This document shows positions 62,518 through 64,000 of a stretch of 64,000 nucleotides of DNA, one piece after another (position 1 is the stretch's first letter; each line of letters begins with the position of its first letter). Source of the DNA: an uncultured Clostridium sp. Lineage in GTDB: Bacteria; Bacillota; Clostridia; TANB77; CAG-508. A model generated the notes under the pieces. That model was not told the DNA's origin, did not search any database, and saw only the letters and a program-made list of their open reading frames with translations. The DNA lies in NCBI GenBank assembly GCA_900553125.1, contig USCB01000006.1:517-64516 (forward strand), in the 5' to 3' direction. Position numbers and translations under genes: made by a program.

Positions 62518-64000
62518 TTATTCAGTTATTATAATTTTTTCTCTCCATCTATCATTTTTTATAATTATTTCCCCATTAATATCAGTTCTGTATACATTTA
62601 TATTCATACTTTTCAAATTTTCTAAAGTAATATCAGCTGGGTGTCCAAATTTGTTTTCTTTTCCTACTCCTATTAATGAAAATTTAGGACTTACTGCTCC
62701 TAAAAATTCTAATGTCGATGAGGTCTTAGAACCATGATGTGCAACTTTTAAGCAGTCAGCCTTTAATATTTCTTGTTTTTCCTTGTATAATTCTAAAATC
62801 GCCTTTTCTGCGACTGATTCTATGTCACCTGTAAAAAGAACAGAAAAATTTTTGTTAACCATTTTACAAACTAAAGAGTTATTATTGATACTATTTTCTA
62901 AAATTCTTTTTTCACTATATGGCCATAAAATATCAAAATACAATTTTTTTTCAATTTTAATTCTTTGTCCCGCTTCTACTGTTATTACTTTAATTTGTTT
63001 TTTTCTTACAATTTTAATAAATTCCTCAAAATTTTTATTACTTTCATATTGCCTACCAATAACAACATTTCTTACCTTCATTTTGTCCATTATATATAAA
63101 AGTCCCTGACAATGGTCAGTGTCAAAGTGACTTATAAAAATATAGTCAATAACTGCAATCTTTCTTGATAACAAATATGGCATTAATGTTGATTTACCAA
63201 TATTATACTCAGAAAATTCGTTTCCTCCTCCATCTATCAAAATAGATTTATTTCTAGGAGTAACAATTAGTGTACAATCTCCTTGTCCAACATCAACAAA
63301 GTACATACTCATATTTTTTGGTATAATTATATAGATATTTAATAAAAAAATTGCTATTAATATTACAGATATAACATTTTTTAGATTTGATTTTAACTTA
63401 TATTTTATTAAACTTATTAGATTTTTTATTCTTTCTTGAAATACTGTATGGTTTTTAGTAATATTTATTTGTATAATTAGATTTACAAAAATAATACTTA
63501 AATAATAAACTAAAATTTGTAATATATTTGGTGTTATAATATATATTTGATTTAAGGGTAATTCACTACCTAATTTTGTCCCTTGAATTAATATTTTTAT
63601 AAGAAAAACTAGTATTTTTTCTATTATTTCAATTCTTACAATTAAAAAAATAATTCCCATAACCATAATAGGTCCTACAAGAAAACTTATAAAAACACTT
63701 ATAATCAAACTTGTAAATCCTATATTATTAAAATATTTCGCCATTATTGGTATAACCATTAATGTTGCTGAAATTGTTATTATTATATTATCTATAATTA
63801 TTTTTGCTAATTTGCTATTTAAAAACTTCATTAATTTTATTGTTCTTTTCTTGTTTTTTCTTATAGCTCTCCTATTTACTATATCTATTGACATTTCTAT
63901 CCATTTTTTGAATCTTTTTTGCATAATCAATATTCCTATTGTAGCTGAAAATGAAAGTTTTAATCCTATACTATTTATAGAAAATGGATTATCTATTAAT
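62518..64000 (-). CDS. comEC: competence protein ComEC/Rec2, C-terminal part (membrane domain plus metallo-beta-lactamase domain). The gene continues beyond the right edge.
   Basis: VDVGQGDC...HFDTDH...AHHGS MBL motifs. The reading frame stays open upstream of the ORF-track TTG (63930) to position 64000. Confidence 0.85.
   Translation of the reverse strand, partial: LIDNPFSINSIGLKLSFSATIGILIMQKRFKKWIEMSIDIVNRRAIRKNKKRTIKLMKFLNSKLAKIIIDNIIITISATLMVIPIMAKYFNNIGFTSLIISVFISFLVGPIMVMGIIFLIVRIEIIEKILVFLIKILIQGTKLGSELPLNQIYIITPNILQILVYYLSIIFVNLIIQINITKNHTVFQERIKNLISLIKYKLKSNLKNVISVILIAIFLLNIYIIIPKNMSMYFVDVGQGDCTLIVTPRNKSILIDGGGNEFSEYNIGKSTLMPYLLSRKIAVIDYIFISHFDTDHCQGLLYIMDKMKVRNVVIGRQYESNKNFEEFIKIVRKKQIKVITVEAGQRIKIEKKLYFDILWPYSEKRILENSINNNSLVCKMVNKNFSVLFTGDIESVAEKAILELYKEKQEILKADCLKVAHHGSKTSSTLEFLGAVSPKFSLIGVGKENKFGHPADITLENLKSMNINVYRTDINGEIIIKNDRWREKIIITE

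Overview
Very AT-rich Firmicutes/Clostridia-type chromosome segment from a likely spore-former (gpr, spoIIE). Most genes are on the minus strand.

Core genes: gpr (partial), fhs, an L,D-transpeptidase, patatin, a ZIP transporter, tsaE-tsaB-rimI, an SDR, a transketolase N-subunit, pepV, a PBP, an M14 peptidase, a carD-like gene, folD-fchA-U32 peptidase, a trmR-like O-methyltransferase, typA, dnaJ-dnaK-grpE with promoter and CIRCE, hrcA, metG, spoIIE and comEC (partial).

About 14.85-39.36 kb is accessory DNA:
- An ~11 kb Tn4451-like mobilisable element (large serine recombinase, TnpV, MobC, relaxase, oriT). It carries a five-gene cargo operon ending in a PHP-ATPase (Ppl-like defence architecture).
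- Two tandem integrative elements in tRNA-Leu(UAA), marked by three direct 57-bp copies of the tRNA 3' half. One is a ~10.4 kb IME (int, xis, RepA_N, MobV relaxase plus oriT, divergent RtcB-like gene, LysR). The other is a ~2.3 kb remnant with a cytoplasmic non-specific nuclease, an acidic partner gene and a type-I-toxin-like small ORF.

The most striking observation concerns frameshifts. All six frameshifts in otherwise intact genes (rimI, M14 peptidase x2, serine recombinase x2, spoIIE) have the same form. An in-frame CGG must be read as C|GGN (+1) to restore a conserved glycine. By hand scan, no other in-frame CGG exists in the window apart from one at the rimI tail. This could be systematic sequence error, or CGG-dependent +1 recoding (quadruplet decoding).

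Other items:
- A dispersed GGGACCGGGTCTTTTTGGTACA palindromic repeat family at gene 3' ends.
- hrcA separated from grpE by a secreted Cys/His-module repeat protein.
- A 620-aa orphan inserted between trmR and the U32 peptidase gene.
- A 764-aa orphan in the metG-hrcA operon.

No rRNA or CRISPR array was seen.
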